From positions 17,298,001 through 17,362,000 of the forward strand of contig OZ231126.1 in assembly GCA_965153355.1 (NCBI GenBank): a DNA stretch of 64,000 nt. Direction: 5' to 3'. Below are positions 23,367 to 36,335 of this stretch, one piece after another; within the stretch, counting starts at the first letter, position 1; every line of letters begins with the position of its first letter. The DNA comes from Flaccisagitta enflata (Eukaryota). Under the pieces are notes generated by a model. The model did not search any database. It saw only the letters and a program-made list of their open reading frames with translations, and was not told where the DNA came from. A program made the translations under genes and the position numbers.

Positions 23367-26003
23367 GATTTGATGGACTGTGTAGGTGGGTGGAGTGGGA
23401 TAAAGTGGCGTTAGGTGTTTTTTTCCCATCAGGGTGAGATTTGATGGACTGTGTAGGTGGGTGGAGTGGGATAAAGTGGCGTTAGGTGTTTTTTTCCCAT
23501 CAGGGTGAGATTTGATGGACTGTGTAGGTGGGTTGAGTGGGATAGTGGCGTTAGGTGTTTTTTTCCCATCAGGGTGGGATTTGATGGACTGTAGGTGGGT
23601 GGAGTGATAAAGTGGCGTTAGGTGTTTTTTTCCCATCAGGGTGGGATTTGATGGACTGTGTAGGTGGGTGGAGTGGGATAAAGTGGCGTTAGGTGTTTTT
23701 TTCCCATCAGGGTGAGATTGGATGGACTGTGTAGGTGGGTGGAGTGAGCTAAAGTGGCGTTAGGTGTTTTTCCCCATCAGGGTGAGATTTTGATGACCTG
23801 TAGGTAAGGGAGGGGGATATGTTTAGTGTTTTTTCCCATCAGGGTGAGATTTGATGGACTGTGTGTGGGTGAGTGACAAAGTGGTGCTTTAGTGTTTTGC
23901 CTACCTCAAGGTGAGATTTGATGGACTGTGTAGGTGGGTGAGATGGGAGAAGTGGCGTTAGTTTTTTTCCCATCAGGGTGAGACTTCTGATGGACTGTGC
24001 AGGTGGGTGGAGTGGGATAAAGTGGTGTAGTGTTTTTTTTCTCCCATCAGGGTGAGACGATGGACTGTGTAGGTGGGTGAGGATAAAGTGGGTAGGTGTT
24101 TTTTTCCCATCAGGGTGAGATTTGATGTGGACTGTAGGTGGTGGAGTGACAAAGGTATGTTAGGGTGTTTTTTTCCCATCAGGGTGAGATTTGATGAACT
24201 GTGTAGGTGGGTGGAGAGTGATAAAGTTGCGTTAGGTTTTTTTTTCCATCAGGGTGGGATTTGATGGATCAGGTGGAGTGAGATAAAGTATGTTAGTGTT
24301 TTTTCCATCAGTGAGATTTGATGACTGTAGGTGGTGGAGGGACAAAGTATGTTAGGTGTTTTTCCCATCAGGTGAGACTTGGATGGACTGTGTAGGTGGG
24401 TGGAGTGGGACAAAGTGTTAGGGTGTTTTTTCCATCAGGAAGAGATTTGATGGACTGTGTAGGTGGGAGTGGGACAAAGTATAGGGTGCTTTTCCATCAG
24501 GGGTGAGATTTGGATGGACTGTGTAGTGGAGTGGGATAAAGTGGCGTTAGGTGTTTTTTCCCATCAGGGTGAGATTTGATGGACTGTGTAGGTGGGGTGG
24601 AGGATAAAGTGTATGTTAGGTGTTTTTTTCCCATCAGGGTGAGATTTGATGGACTGTGTAGGTGGGGTGAGTGGGATGAAGTGATGTTTAGTGTTTTTTC
24701 CCATCAGGGTGAGATTTGATGGACTGTGTAGGTGGGTGGAGTGATAAAGGCGTTAGGTGTTTTTTTCCCATCAGGGTGAGATTTGATGGACTGTGTAGGT
24801 GGGTGGAGTGGGATAAAGTTCCCATCAGGGTGAGATTTGATGGACTGTAGGTGGGGGGGATAAAGTGGCGTTAGGTGTTTTTTCCCATCAGGGTGAGATT
24901 TGATGGACTGTGTAGGTGGGTGAGGTGAGATAAAGTGGCGTTAGGTGTTTTTTCCCATCAGGGTGAGATTTGATGGACTGTAGGTGGGTGAGGATAAAGT
25001 GGCGTTAGTGTTTTTTTCCATCAGGGTGAGATATGGACTGTAGGTGGGTGGAGTGGCGTGACGTTAGGTGTTTTCCCATCAGGTGAGATTTGATGGACTG
25101 TAGGTGGTGAGTGACAAAGTGGCGTTAGTGTTTTTTTTCCATCAGGGTTGGATTTGATGGACTGTGTAGGTGGGTGGAGAGGGATAGTGGCGTTAGGTGT
25201 TTCCCATCAGGGTGAGATTTGATGGACTGTGTAGGTGGGTGGAGGGATAAAGTGGCGCTAGGTGTTTTTTTCCCATCAGGTGAGATTTGATGGACTGTAG
25301 GTGGGGTGGAGGGGATAGTGGCGTTAGGTGCCCATCAGGTGAGATTAGATGGACTGTGTAGGTGGGTGAGTGGGATAAAGTGGCGGTGTTTTTTTCCCAT
25401 CAGGGTGAGATTTGATGGACTGTGTAGGTGGGTGAGGGGATAAAGGGCGTTAGGTGTTTTTTTCCCATCAGGGTGAGATTTGATGGACTGTGTAGGTGGT
25501 GAGGGGATAAAGGGCGTTAGGTGTTTTTTTCCCAGGGTGAGATTTGATGACTGTGTAGGTGGGTGAGTGGGACAGTGGCGTTAGTGTTTTTCCCATCAGG
25601 GTGAGATTTGATGGACTGTGTAGGTGGGGTGGGATAAAGTGGCTTTAGGTGTTTTTTTCATCAGGGTGAGATTTGATGGACTGTGTAGGTGGGTGGAGTG
25701 ACAGTGGGTTAGGTGTTTTTTTCCCATCAGGGTGAGATTTGATGGACTGTGTAGGTGGGTGGGAGGATAAAGTGGAGGTGTTTCCCATCAGTGAGATTTG
25801 ATGGACTGTGTAGTGGGTGGAGTGGGATAAAGTGGCGTTAGGTGTTTTTTTCCCATCAGGGTGAGATTTGATGGACTGTGTAGGTGGGTGGAGTGGGATA
25901 AAGTGGCGTTAGGTGTTTTTTCCCATCAGGGTGAGATTTGATGGACTGTAGGTGGGTGGAGACAAAGTGGATAGGTGTTTTTTTCCCATCAGGGTGAGAT
26001 TTG
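23367..26003. repeat. ~71-bp minisatellite array (~38 copies)
   Basis: Unit GATTTGATGGACTGTGTAGGTGGGTGGAGTGGGATAAAGTGGCGTTAGGTGTTTTTTTCCCATCAGGGTGA. The first two units start at 23367 and 23438; no unique spacers. Confidence 0.95.
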
Positions 26004-26565
26004 AAGAGAGAGTGAAAGGAGGAGACCCTGCGGGGAGGAATACCTAGAAGAAGATAGATAACGTATTCATTTCTCTTCGTAACAAAACTGAGAACACGTG
26101 ACATCGTTTTGGCGCTCTTTTTGATTTCGATTTTTAATACGTGCACATTATCAAACGCGCTTTCATTAAAAGCGCGCCCTCGGCGTGTGATTGCACCTGA
26201 CGATTAGGTAGGGTGTTTTGATTAGAATTCCCGTCAGTAGTGTCACTCTCGATATGTGAGGTCATAACACATTACTAGGGGTGCAGTAGCTGTCGATTCT
26301 TTAGCCTCTTCCACCGCTTCTACTTCCGCTTCCACTTCCGCTTCCGCTTCCGCCTCCGCTTCCGCTTCTGTTTTAGTTCAACCGTTCATGTACTGATAGC
26401 TTTCCAACCAACTTAATTAGAAGCGCATCCTTGGGAAAAGGGATTTGGACTATGATTTTAACTAGTAGAAAAGAGCCTTGTTGCCTTGTTTGCAGTTGTT
26501 ACGATGTACATACTAGTGAAGGAGATATCTTTTTGCTATTTTCCATTTTCTCTTCCCAATTTATT

Positions 26566-26623
<58 letters not shown>

Positions 26624-26953
26624 GTGGTCGTCGATATTGGGTGGTTTTTCGATCCAGAGCAGAGATGGCGATGGTAAGGAGGAATTAGGCAATGTCTGGC
26701 GCGTCACTGGTTCGAAAAGAAGAGACGCGATAAGCTCGGCGCGCCCAGATAACCACATGATGGATGTTCAAAATTGTTTATCCGCCTCATCGGCGGCGGC
26801 GGCGGCGGCGGCGGCGACGGTGGCGGGAGAGGAGGAGGCAGTAGGGGAAGAGGAAGAAGAGGAAAGGAAAGAGGATAAATAAGATGAGGCAACGAAAACC
26901 CACCACTTGTACCAGTTTACAGCAATCAACCGACGAAGAGCAGCATATAAAAA

Positions 26954-26958
<5 letters not shown>

Positions 26959-27048
<90 letters not shown>

Positions 27049-27200
27049 AGAAATGAATGGAAGAAGGAACGAAAGAAACAAGAAAGAAAGAATGAAAGAA
27101 AGAAAGAAAGAGCGAAAGAAAGAGAGAGAGAGAGAAAGAAAGAAATAAACAAACAAACAAAGATAGAGAGAAAGGAAGAAAAAAGGAGGAAAGAAAGAAA

Positions 27201-27298
<98 letters not shown>

Positions 27299-27441
27299 AA
27301 AAGAAAGAAAGAAAGAGAGAGCGAAAGAACGAAAGAAAGAGAGAAAGAAAGAGAGAAAGAAAGAATGAAAGAAAGAGAGAGGGAAAGAAAGAAAGAGAGA
27401 AAGAGAGAAAGAAAGAAAGAAAGAGAGAAAGAGAGAAAGAG

Positions 27442-27528
<87 letters not shown>

Positions 27529-27532
27529 AGGG

Positions 27533-27607
<75 letters not shown>

Positions 27608-27620
27608 AAAAAAGAAAGAT
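26959..27620. repeat. (AG)n + (AAAG)n purine tract; representative of dozens of (AG)n/(CT)n tracts across the window
   Basis: Direct reading; source of the RE/KERK pseudo-ORFs. Confidence 0.97.
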
Positions 27621-27827
27621 GAAAGGAAGTATGATTTATTACCTGGTGACATTAACCCTAACTAAAACTGCAAGATCATATCTCCAGTGAGAGCATTAAT
27701 GGTACCGCAAATGTAAGTCATTTATGAGTAGCAAAATGATAAGATTTCGGCGGAGGGGGTTTTTGATTCAGAGAGAATGTGACAGAGAGAGCGATTGAAG
27801 AAAGCGATTGAAGAGAGCGAAGGATGG

Positions 27828-27937
<110 letters not shown>

Positions 27938-27938
27938 A

Positions 27939-27995
<57 letters not shown>

Positions 27996-28709
27996 GGAAG
28001 CAAGACCGGATAGGCCGAAAGAGTCTTCAACAACAGCGCGCGAGATCAATTACTAATGGTTTGGCTGAACAGCCTTGAAGGCACACTCGAGCGCGCACGA
28101 CTTTTTCAGATTTTGCCATGGAACATGATAACAACTTTTCAAGAAGTAACTGGCTAATTGTTGATTGTCTGAAACTGATAAACCTTCAGACAAAGTCACA
28201 AAGGTTAACTCTTTGCCTTTGGATAATTATTAAAAATGGAAGATCTGAAAACAAGTATCAACGTCGAGGAGTGCGGGTCTTAAACGGATAAAGCTATAAG
28301 CACCAGATTAGTCTCAGTTTAAAGAGTTGTTTAGATTTTTTTTCAAACGCGACCAATCAGGGGTCAGTAGCCCAATTTGCTCAGGAGCGGCACTATTGCA
28401 AAGTTGATGCTCCTTTTCAAATCCGCCATTTTTCATTATGTGAGGTTGTAGCCCTGTTTTGGCGTTTTCAACGATCACCAATCAATTCATTTTCTAAGAA
28501 CTTTGTGATGAGAGACAGCGAAATTGACATGCAAATCGATTTATGAAAACGAACGATATTGAAAAAAAATTCCCTTCCTTTTCCCCTTCCTTTCTTTTAT
28601 TTCCATCCTTTCTTTGACATTTGTTTCACATTCCATCTATGTTATCGTGCGTTCGCATCGATTTGCGCCAAAGTCCGACATTCCCTGTCTTTCGAATCCC
28701 CTCAGCGGG

Positions 28710-28851
<142 letters not shown>

Positions 28852-29219
28852 AGATAAAGTGAAAAAATAAAGGAGCAGTGATATTCGATGGAGCAGATTG
28901 ATAAGGAGAGGCTGGACCGACTCCAAACTCTCTTTAAGCCATCTTACTCTGTCTCTATCTTTTATTGAAAAAAGAAAGAAAGATATGAATTGAGAAAAAG
29001 AAAGTAAAGAGAGAAAAGGAATTAAGAAGGAAAGAAAGGAAAGAAAAAAAGAAAGAAAGGAAAAAAAAAAGAAAAGATGCGAGGTTGAGATTTCCTGGAA
29101 ACGGGAAAAACGAAATCTGAGGATCAAATCTGACTCAAAATTGGCGAAAAACCAAATATGGAAAGGGTCAAAGTGGAGAACGTATCATTCATTTTCCGGT
29201 TGACGCTGATGTGAAACAA

Positions 29220-29302
<83 letters not shown>

Positions 29303-29891
29303 TTACAGATTTGCTTAGGATAGGCGCGGCCAAAACTGTACATTTAAACGCAAAATGCCTCTTTTTATGGAATGAACGCATGTGCGAATTTTCTTTGCCG
29401 CGAACATCCTTCCGTCTGTCCTTCCGCCGATTAGTCCGACCGTCAGTTCAAGATATAATTGAATTCCCTTTTTTTTCTCATCACTGTCGTAGTCATTATT
29501 TCATTTACTGCTACGCATCATGTGTGAATATAAACAAATCATTGTATTGTCTCTTTTTAGCGTTATTACAGTTCTAACGAAATTAGGCGGAATTTGGTGA
29601 AAATTCGTCGTAAAAATTGTTATGAATGTAAATACATGTATAATCATTCCAAGCGATGTATACCAACAACTTATCTTCGTTTTATAAAAATATCGACATG
29701 GCATCCCATGTCAGTGTCTCAGGCTGCATCTCTGTCAATGCTGTTGTTCGTGTTTTGTGGAAGTGCAGCTGTTGGTTTTTACTGATCTCAATCTGTCTTA
29801 ATCAGTCGTGGGTGCTACAATCAAGAGTAAGCCAGTCGTGTCTAGTTTGTCTGCACGTGATTCCGTCCGTCCATCCGTTTGTGGGTCTACC

Positions 29892-30722
29892 TAGGGCTGA
29901 GTCGAGCAATTAATTGCTCGACAATTAATCGAGGAAAAATTTTGCATTGCTTGCTCGAGGAAAGCATAAATCCTTGGAGGAAAATTTTGGTTTATTTGCA
30001 CTTTGGAATGCAGTATTTATTCCCAACTGAAGACGAGACTGAATTAAGGACTGGTTGACATCATAGAAACCATCGAACTTTATCTCTTGAAATGTCAAAG
30101 ATTGATGTCAATCTGCTTCATCCCGACAATCTCATTGAATTTATGGCTGAATCTGTTGAGGAAAACATTTTGCCGTTTGTATAAAACATGGCGAAAATCT
30201 AGAATATTCGATTGTTGGAAAGAAGAAATTCCAGCGGTTCTGGTCTCCTTCTTCACTGGTTGAGTCGTCTCTTGATTATCCGACCAAAAATGAATTGCTC
30301 AAGAAAGCATGCGATCTCTACGTTGCAGCCGGGATGTTTGTGACTAAATTACGATCCAGTCTAAAAGAAGAAACCATCGACGCTCTTACTTTCCCCAGAA
30401 AAATCTTGGAAAAAGAATGATTCCAAACTCCTGATCCTCTGAGAGAAATCATGTTACTTCATTTTGTCTAAAAAACTGTAAAAAAATATTGATTTGTGTG
30501 TGGCCTGCTTTGAAATAAGTTAGTCTATAAAGTTTGAAAGAAAAACAAGTCCCACTGCGTTACCATTTCTTTCTTTTTAGAACTAAGGGGTAGAATAGTT
30601 ATTCATAATCAATTATAAAATGCCGAAAAAAATCCTCGAAAATGCTCGAGGATTCCTCGAGGAATTAAGATTTTAGGCGATTAATCATCGAGGAAAAATA
30701 TCAAATCCCTGACTCAGCCCTA
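29892..30722 (+). mobile_element. Internally deleted hAT transposon with transposase C-terminal remnant
   Basis: 12-bp TIR TAGGGCTGAGTC/GACTCAGCCCTA and 8-bp TSD GGTCTACC (29884-91, 30723-30). 30325-30400 translates AAGMFVTKLRSSLKEETIDALTF, like the hAT dimerisation domain. Confidence 0.9.
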
Positions 30723-31386
30723 GGTCTACCGCATATCTCGTTGGCGAGACTTTTCCATTGCCTCTCTTCTTTCTATCGTTTCTCGGAACGGCCACAAACG
30801 GAAGTGAAGTAACATTGAAGAAGAACATTCGATAATCGCATCTAATGACTCAAGTCGTTTGTTTCCAATAAATCTTTTTTTTTTTCATCATCCCACGGTG
30901 ATATAATTGGGATGGTCGGTGTCCATTCTAGTAGTGAGAAAAATAGAACAAAACACCAAAAACTCCCTGGCGAAAAATCATTTTAAACAATAATTCATTT
31001 CATACTATTGAGAACTTTCGCATATCAAATATCACATCGCATATCGCAAATCACATATATTTCACAGTTGCACTCCACAAATACATCGTTCTTTTCCCAC
31101 CAGAATTGGGTATCCCCCCCCCCCCCCAGCTGTTGTGAAACTAGTCAGACGATTCCATGTGAACAAATGCTTCAAAAATGTCGTCGATTTTATCTTTCTT
31201 TTGAATAAACTGATATATTGCTTTGTGGTGAAGAAAAGCGTATATTTTGTAACGCATCGTGGGGAAGAAAGTCAAAGGCAGGGGGGGGGGGTATCAAAAG
31301 CTACTCAATTATATACACCCCTGATTTCAACAAATGATTAGATATGCATGTCCCCGGATTTCACTCTACTCAGCGCGCAGTGTCGC

Positions 31387-32070
31387 TTTTTGGGCAGCGG
31401 CCCCGAAGGGGACGAAGTCCTGTAGAACACAGGGGGACTTTCGTTCGTCTGTTCGTTTGTTCGTTCGTCCGTCCGTCCCCCCCATCAGGCCTCTCAGGCC
31501 TCAAATCAGGCCTCTCAAGCCTCAAATCCGGCCTCTCAGGCTAGAAATCTGGCCCATCAGGCCTCAAATCTGGCCTCTCAAGCCTCAATTCCAGCCTCTC
31601 AAATCCGGCCTCTCAGGCCTCATCTGGCCTTGAAGGCCTCAAATCTGGCCTGTCAGGCCTCACACCTGACCTTGCAGGCCTCAAATTAGCCCTCTCAGGC
31701 CTCAAATTAGCCCTCTCAGGCCTCAAATTAGCCCTCTCAGGTCTTAGATCTAGCCTCTCAAGCCTCAAATCCAGCCTCTCAAATATGGCCTCTCAGGCCT
31801 CAAATCTTGCCTGTCAGGCCTCAAATCTGGCCTGTCACACCTGATGGCCTCAAACCTGGCCTCCTGAGCCTCAAGTTAGCCTTGGAAAAGCCTTCATACT
31901 CTTGAAGGCCTTCAATCAGCTGATTATAGCATTTTCAGGCAGGACGAACGAAAGTCCTCCTGTGTTCCCCTTTGGGGTCGCTGCCCTGCTACCCCTCACA
32001 CAAATTCACAATCATGCAAAGCAGGGCAACGGGTATCGCTGACCACATATTGCCCTTGGGCGACCTGTTT
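31387..32070 (+). mobile_element. HINE family B copy
   Basis: Same ends and 21-bp internal repeat as 17590-18296. Confidence 0.75.
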
Positions 32071-32664
32071 GTTTTCGATCCGACTCTAACAAGAAAGAGC
32101 AGGTCAATGATACGGCACAAGACGAATGACATCATTAATGGTATTGATAAACGGTGAAAAGCATCATTAATGGTATTGATAAAAGCGATATATCGACAGA
32201 TGGAACTCGCGGTCAAGGAAGCTCATTGTTTCCGATGCCAAAAACCACTTGAAAAATGGCGTCTCTCTCGATTATGTATGGAATCGCGGTCGGAAGTTGT
32301 AGAGAACCTCCTAGTTCTACGCTTGAGGATATCTTTATATTAGTTATGCATTATTAAGCATCTATTGTGAATATCCACCGGGAACAATTATGTCCTAATT
32401 TGTAAACTGCCGCTGTGTTGATGATTGAAAATTTCCATCTCCATCTCCATTGTCATTTCTTTTCTTTTCTTTTTTCCTCCCTCTCTCTTTCTTTCTTTTT
32501 TTCCTTCAATATTCTATTCTGACATAACAATTTTTGCCATCTTTACTCTACCCCCCATCTCTTTCCTCCCCCTCCCCCAAATAAGGCATACAGAAACCGA
32601 AAAAAGGGTGGAACGACTCCCAATTATCTTATCTTCTTCAGGCTTTCGCCTTTTTCTTGAGAGT

Positions 32665-32875
<211 letters not shown>

Positions 32876-34129
32876 ATGAATGAATGAATGAATGAATGAA
32901 TGAATGAATGAATGAGTGAATGAAAGAAAGAAAGAAAGAAAGAAAGAAAGAGACATGGAGAGACAGCAGAAAAAAAAGAGACGGGGATAGAGAAATATAG
33001 CGACAGAGGCAGAGACAGAGAGACAAAGAGAGCGCGAGAGATAAACAACGTCTTCATTTTCGTGATTCTTTAAGAAATTTAGACGAAAATTATGGTGCGA
33101 TAAGAAAGACATCAAAAGATGACTCCGGAGAAAGATGGAGAGACGGGCTTCCTTTCTTTCTTGTTCTTTACTGCTTTTCTTATGATTTCTTAGGTGCTGG
33201 TTTTTCGTTTATTCCATAAGGAAACATCAGTCATATGTGATGAACATTGTGTTGAAATTGTTGGAATCGATTCTACGTTAGGGGAGAATGAAGCCCAGTG
33301 GCACGGTGGCACTGTTACTGGAAATTGGGAAGGCACTGAACATTGTGGCAACATTGTTGCAACATTGTGGCAACATTGTGGCAACATTGTGGCAACAGTG
33401 TGGCATCAATGTGGCAACATCGTCAAAAGCGTAAATATGTTTGTTCCTCCCGATATTGGTCCTTTGATACTACTGCAAAAGTTTATCCCCACAATTATCA
33501 CCATCCCCAACCCCTACGACTACGCATCCCTCCATGAAAGAACGGACGCATCACAGATAAATTCAACGGGAAAAAATCGCGTAATAGACGCAAAAAGCCG
33601 CCGAATATTCGACACTTTTAGCGTCATAAAAGTGCGCCTGTGCGCAAAGATATGTATATTTTCGTTCCTTTTGTCTTTCTTTCTTTCTTTCCTTTATTCT
33701 TTCTTTCTTTCTTCGTTCAATTTATTTTTTTAGAAAAAAAAAAAGAAAAAAGAAAAAAAAAAAGAAGAAAAAAATCTGGTTGTTATCTGGAAAAAGTGAA
33801 ATGTCGAGTTGAGACTTTTCCAACGTCCCCTTAAGAGGGTCCTCTCGAAAGGTCGCGGGCTCGACGCTCATATCATAAGTATGAGACGCAAGACGGCGAT
33901 ATCACACATACAAAAAAAAACCTTGTCCCCCTTCCCGTCTGCCGTAACAGCCGCCGCGCCTCCGCTGAAGCTGCCATTTCCGCCTACCCCTTCGCCTACG
34001 ACTCCGCTTCCGCCACCGCCCCATCATCCTGGTCTAAAGCAGTTCCCACATGTTGAACTCCCGTTAACATACCATCATCCATTCCTTACGCTTATCTGAA
34101 AACCAACTTCGAAAAGTTTGCTTGCTCAC

Positions 34130-34196
34130 CGCGTACTGGGCCATATTTGACGCGCGCGTGAAATCTGTGTGTTCGCTGTTTCGTACGAAACAACAT
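34130..34196 (-). CDS. Putative first coding exon (MLFRTKQRTHRFHARVKYGPVR+G) of the PR-domain/FOG-like gene
   Basis: ATG at 34196, 22 codons + 1 nt, then donor GTGAGC at 34129. The phase-1 end matches the phase-1 acceptor at 19831 (G|GA = Gly). It lies just downstream of a CpG-rich, TATA-containing segment. Confidence 0.5.
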
Positions 34197-34720
34197 GCCA
34201 AGTGTATGTGAAATTGTATGCCTACAAAATACTGATTCTCCCAATAACAATGAAAGCATACGAAAGGAAAAATATAACGTCCGACCAACTGAGACGTCAT
34301 CACCCCCGTCACTATCACCTCCCCTTACTTCTTTGATGATAACCACGTCAATATATCACTCTCTGTGTCACCTCTTAGCCTCTTTTTATCCCCGACGTTT
34401 CTTCACACACGCATATTCACTAAAAAAAATCCAGTATAGAGCTTTCAAAGTGAAATGATAACGGGCTTGCGTTCGGACTCGGGCCGACTGCGGAGCCGAA
34501 AGGCGCACCGACTGCGGCCTCGATCGGCCCTGATCGGCGCCGGGAGTCATCTGCGTAGTGACAAATTCCCTTTATAAAAGCGGTCCAAAGATTTTGCTCG
34601 TTTCATGAGTAACGAGATATCTCATCCCCTCCTCTCTCCCACCCCCTCCCCATCCCCCTTCCCCTCCCCCTCCCTCCCCCCCATCATCGCCCCATTTCCT
34701 TCCCGTTTTTTTTTTTTTGG
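34197..34720 (-). promoter_or_regulatory. Putative promoter/5'UTR of the minus-strand gene
   Basis: Non-repetitive CpG-rich block at 34460-34560. TATAAA on the minus strand at ~34570-34576 and a C-rich tract at 34625-34690, all upstream of the candidate first exon. Confidence 0.4.
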
Positions 34721-35881
34721 AAGCGTAAACGGTTCTTTTTAACTCTTTAATCTTTTGAATTGTATTGCTTTCGTGGTTCCGCCATCATTTGTCGCAAGAG
34801 AACTATTTCTTTTACCTGAGCAGCCATTTGATAAATCCGCGCCATTTGAAAACCCACTTTGAAACTTTTTTTTCAACGTGGACTACTTTAACGTAATCAT
34901 TGACAATTTGTGACGTTAACCCTTACCTACAATCGCAATTCTATCGACGATTTACCCCATATTTGAGGAAGCACGGATAACAAGATGGATCCAATTCAAT
35001 GAGCCCATTTCCCCTTTCTGTTGCTGCTTGCCTGCCTCGCCCGGTGAAGCTCTCAGATGCTCGCTCTTTCGTAACGGGAAAATGCACAAAGGTTTACTAG
35101 CGTTATTATGGGAATCGCCGATAAGACCTCTTCTTTTCTGTACCTCTCATTCTTTTCTCTCTTTTTTTTTTGGGGGGGGGGGGAAGAGGGGGAATGTCCC
35201 AGCAGAAAAGAAGAGTCACAAGGCCTGGCTCAATAAATATCAAGGAGATTCAACCCAAAGATCCATTCTCTGATTCCCATCATTTCTGATTAGTGGCCTT
35301 TAGCTGCGGACATGCAGCTCTATGAAAGACTTTTTGCGTCCTGCGGGCCGTAAGTCTCTCAGTCGGTCTGTAATACTGAAGTGGAAAAGTGTAAAACGTG
35401 TATCTAATACGCTTTGGATAACCGAACTCTCTCCTTCCTCCTCCTAGACTTGTTCTCCCAACAGCCTAGTTCACGTTCCAATGCAAGCCACCATGATGAT
35501 ATCTAAGTCTCGTGCGTCCTTTGTTTACGATTTGCGTCAAGTCGACCTTCAGGCTGTTGGGAGGTGGACGATGGGACGGAGGACTCGCAACAAGAAACTC
35601 AGATATCGATTCTCAATGTTTTAGTCAACAACCTTAACCAAACTACTTCTTAGCTGGTTCACATCGTCTCAAGCTTCCAACAATACATTTGGATTTTCCT
35701 GTTTTCTAATCATGCTGTAATTCGATTATTGCTTATTCCCATGATCTCATAACTGCTCTATGAAGGATTTTTGGCTTATTTGTGACCCATCCGGAAAGAA
35801 AATTGACATCAATTGTAATCGCGTAGAGTTGATACCCGGAGAAATACATTTCATTTCATTTCATTTTACGTGTGAGTTTGT

Positions 35882-35972
<91 letters not shown>

Positions 35973-36104
35973 TGTGTGTGGGCTGTGGAGGGAGGGGCGG
36001 GCTTTACGGAAAAAATTTCTAAGACGATACAGATCTTTTGTTTCTTTCGGGTTTCCCCGCTTGGGCGAAGCTTTAATTCAAGAAGATTCGGGTTGAAATG
36101 TATA

Positions 36105-36206
36105 AGACCCAGCCCTCACCTAGCCCTAACGCTAGCCCTAACCCTAACCCTAACCCTAAAACTACCCCCGACCCCAACCTTAACCCTAACCCTACCCCAA
36201 ACCCTA
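36105..36206. repeat. Degenerate (TAACCC)n hexamer tract
   Basis: ctaaccctaaccctaaccct..., followed by a HINE-type 3' end at ~36280-36325. Confidence 0.75.
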
Positions 36207-36335
36207 AATAAAAAAAACGCTTAGAAAGTCAGTAAAACAAAAGACATCACCGACTTCGAAAACAGTACCGGATTTACGCCCCTGCCCATGCGTCCGCAAC
36301 GATGTTGTAATCTCGGGTTACTTGTCAATTTGCTA

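Noticed and set aside
23367-26003. CRISPR-like regular array
   Set aside because: The units are contiguous with no unique spacers, there are no cas genes, and the context is eukaryotic; it is a satellite.
26768-27690. Long ORFs of RE/KERK/SL/FLSF repeats (here and throughout the window)
   Set aside because: They are translations of (AG)n/(AAAG)n microsatellites that simply lack stop codons.
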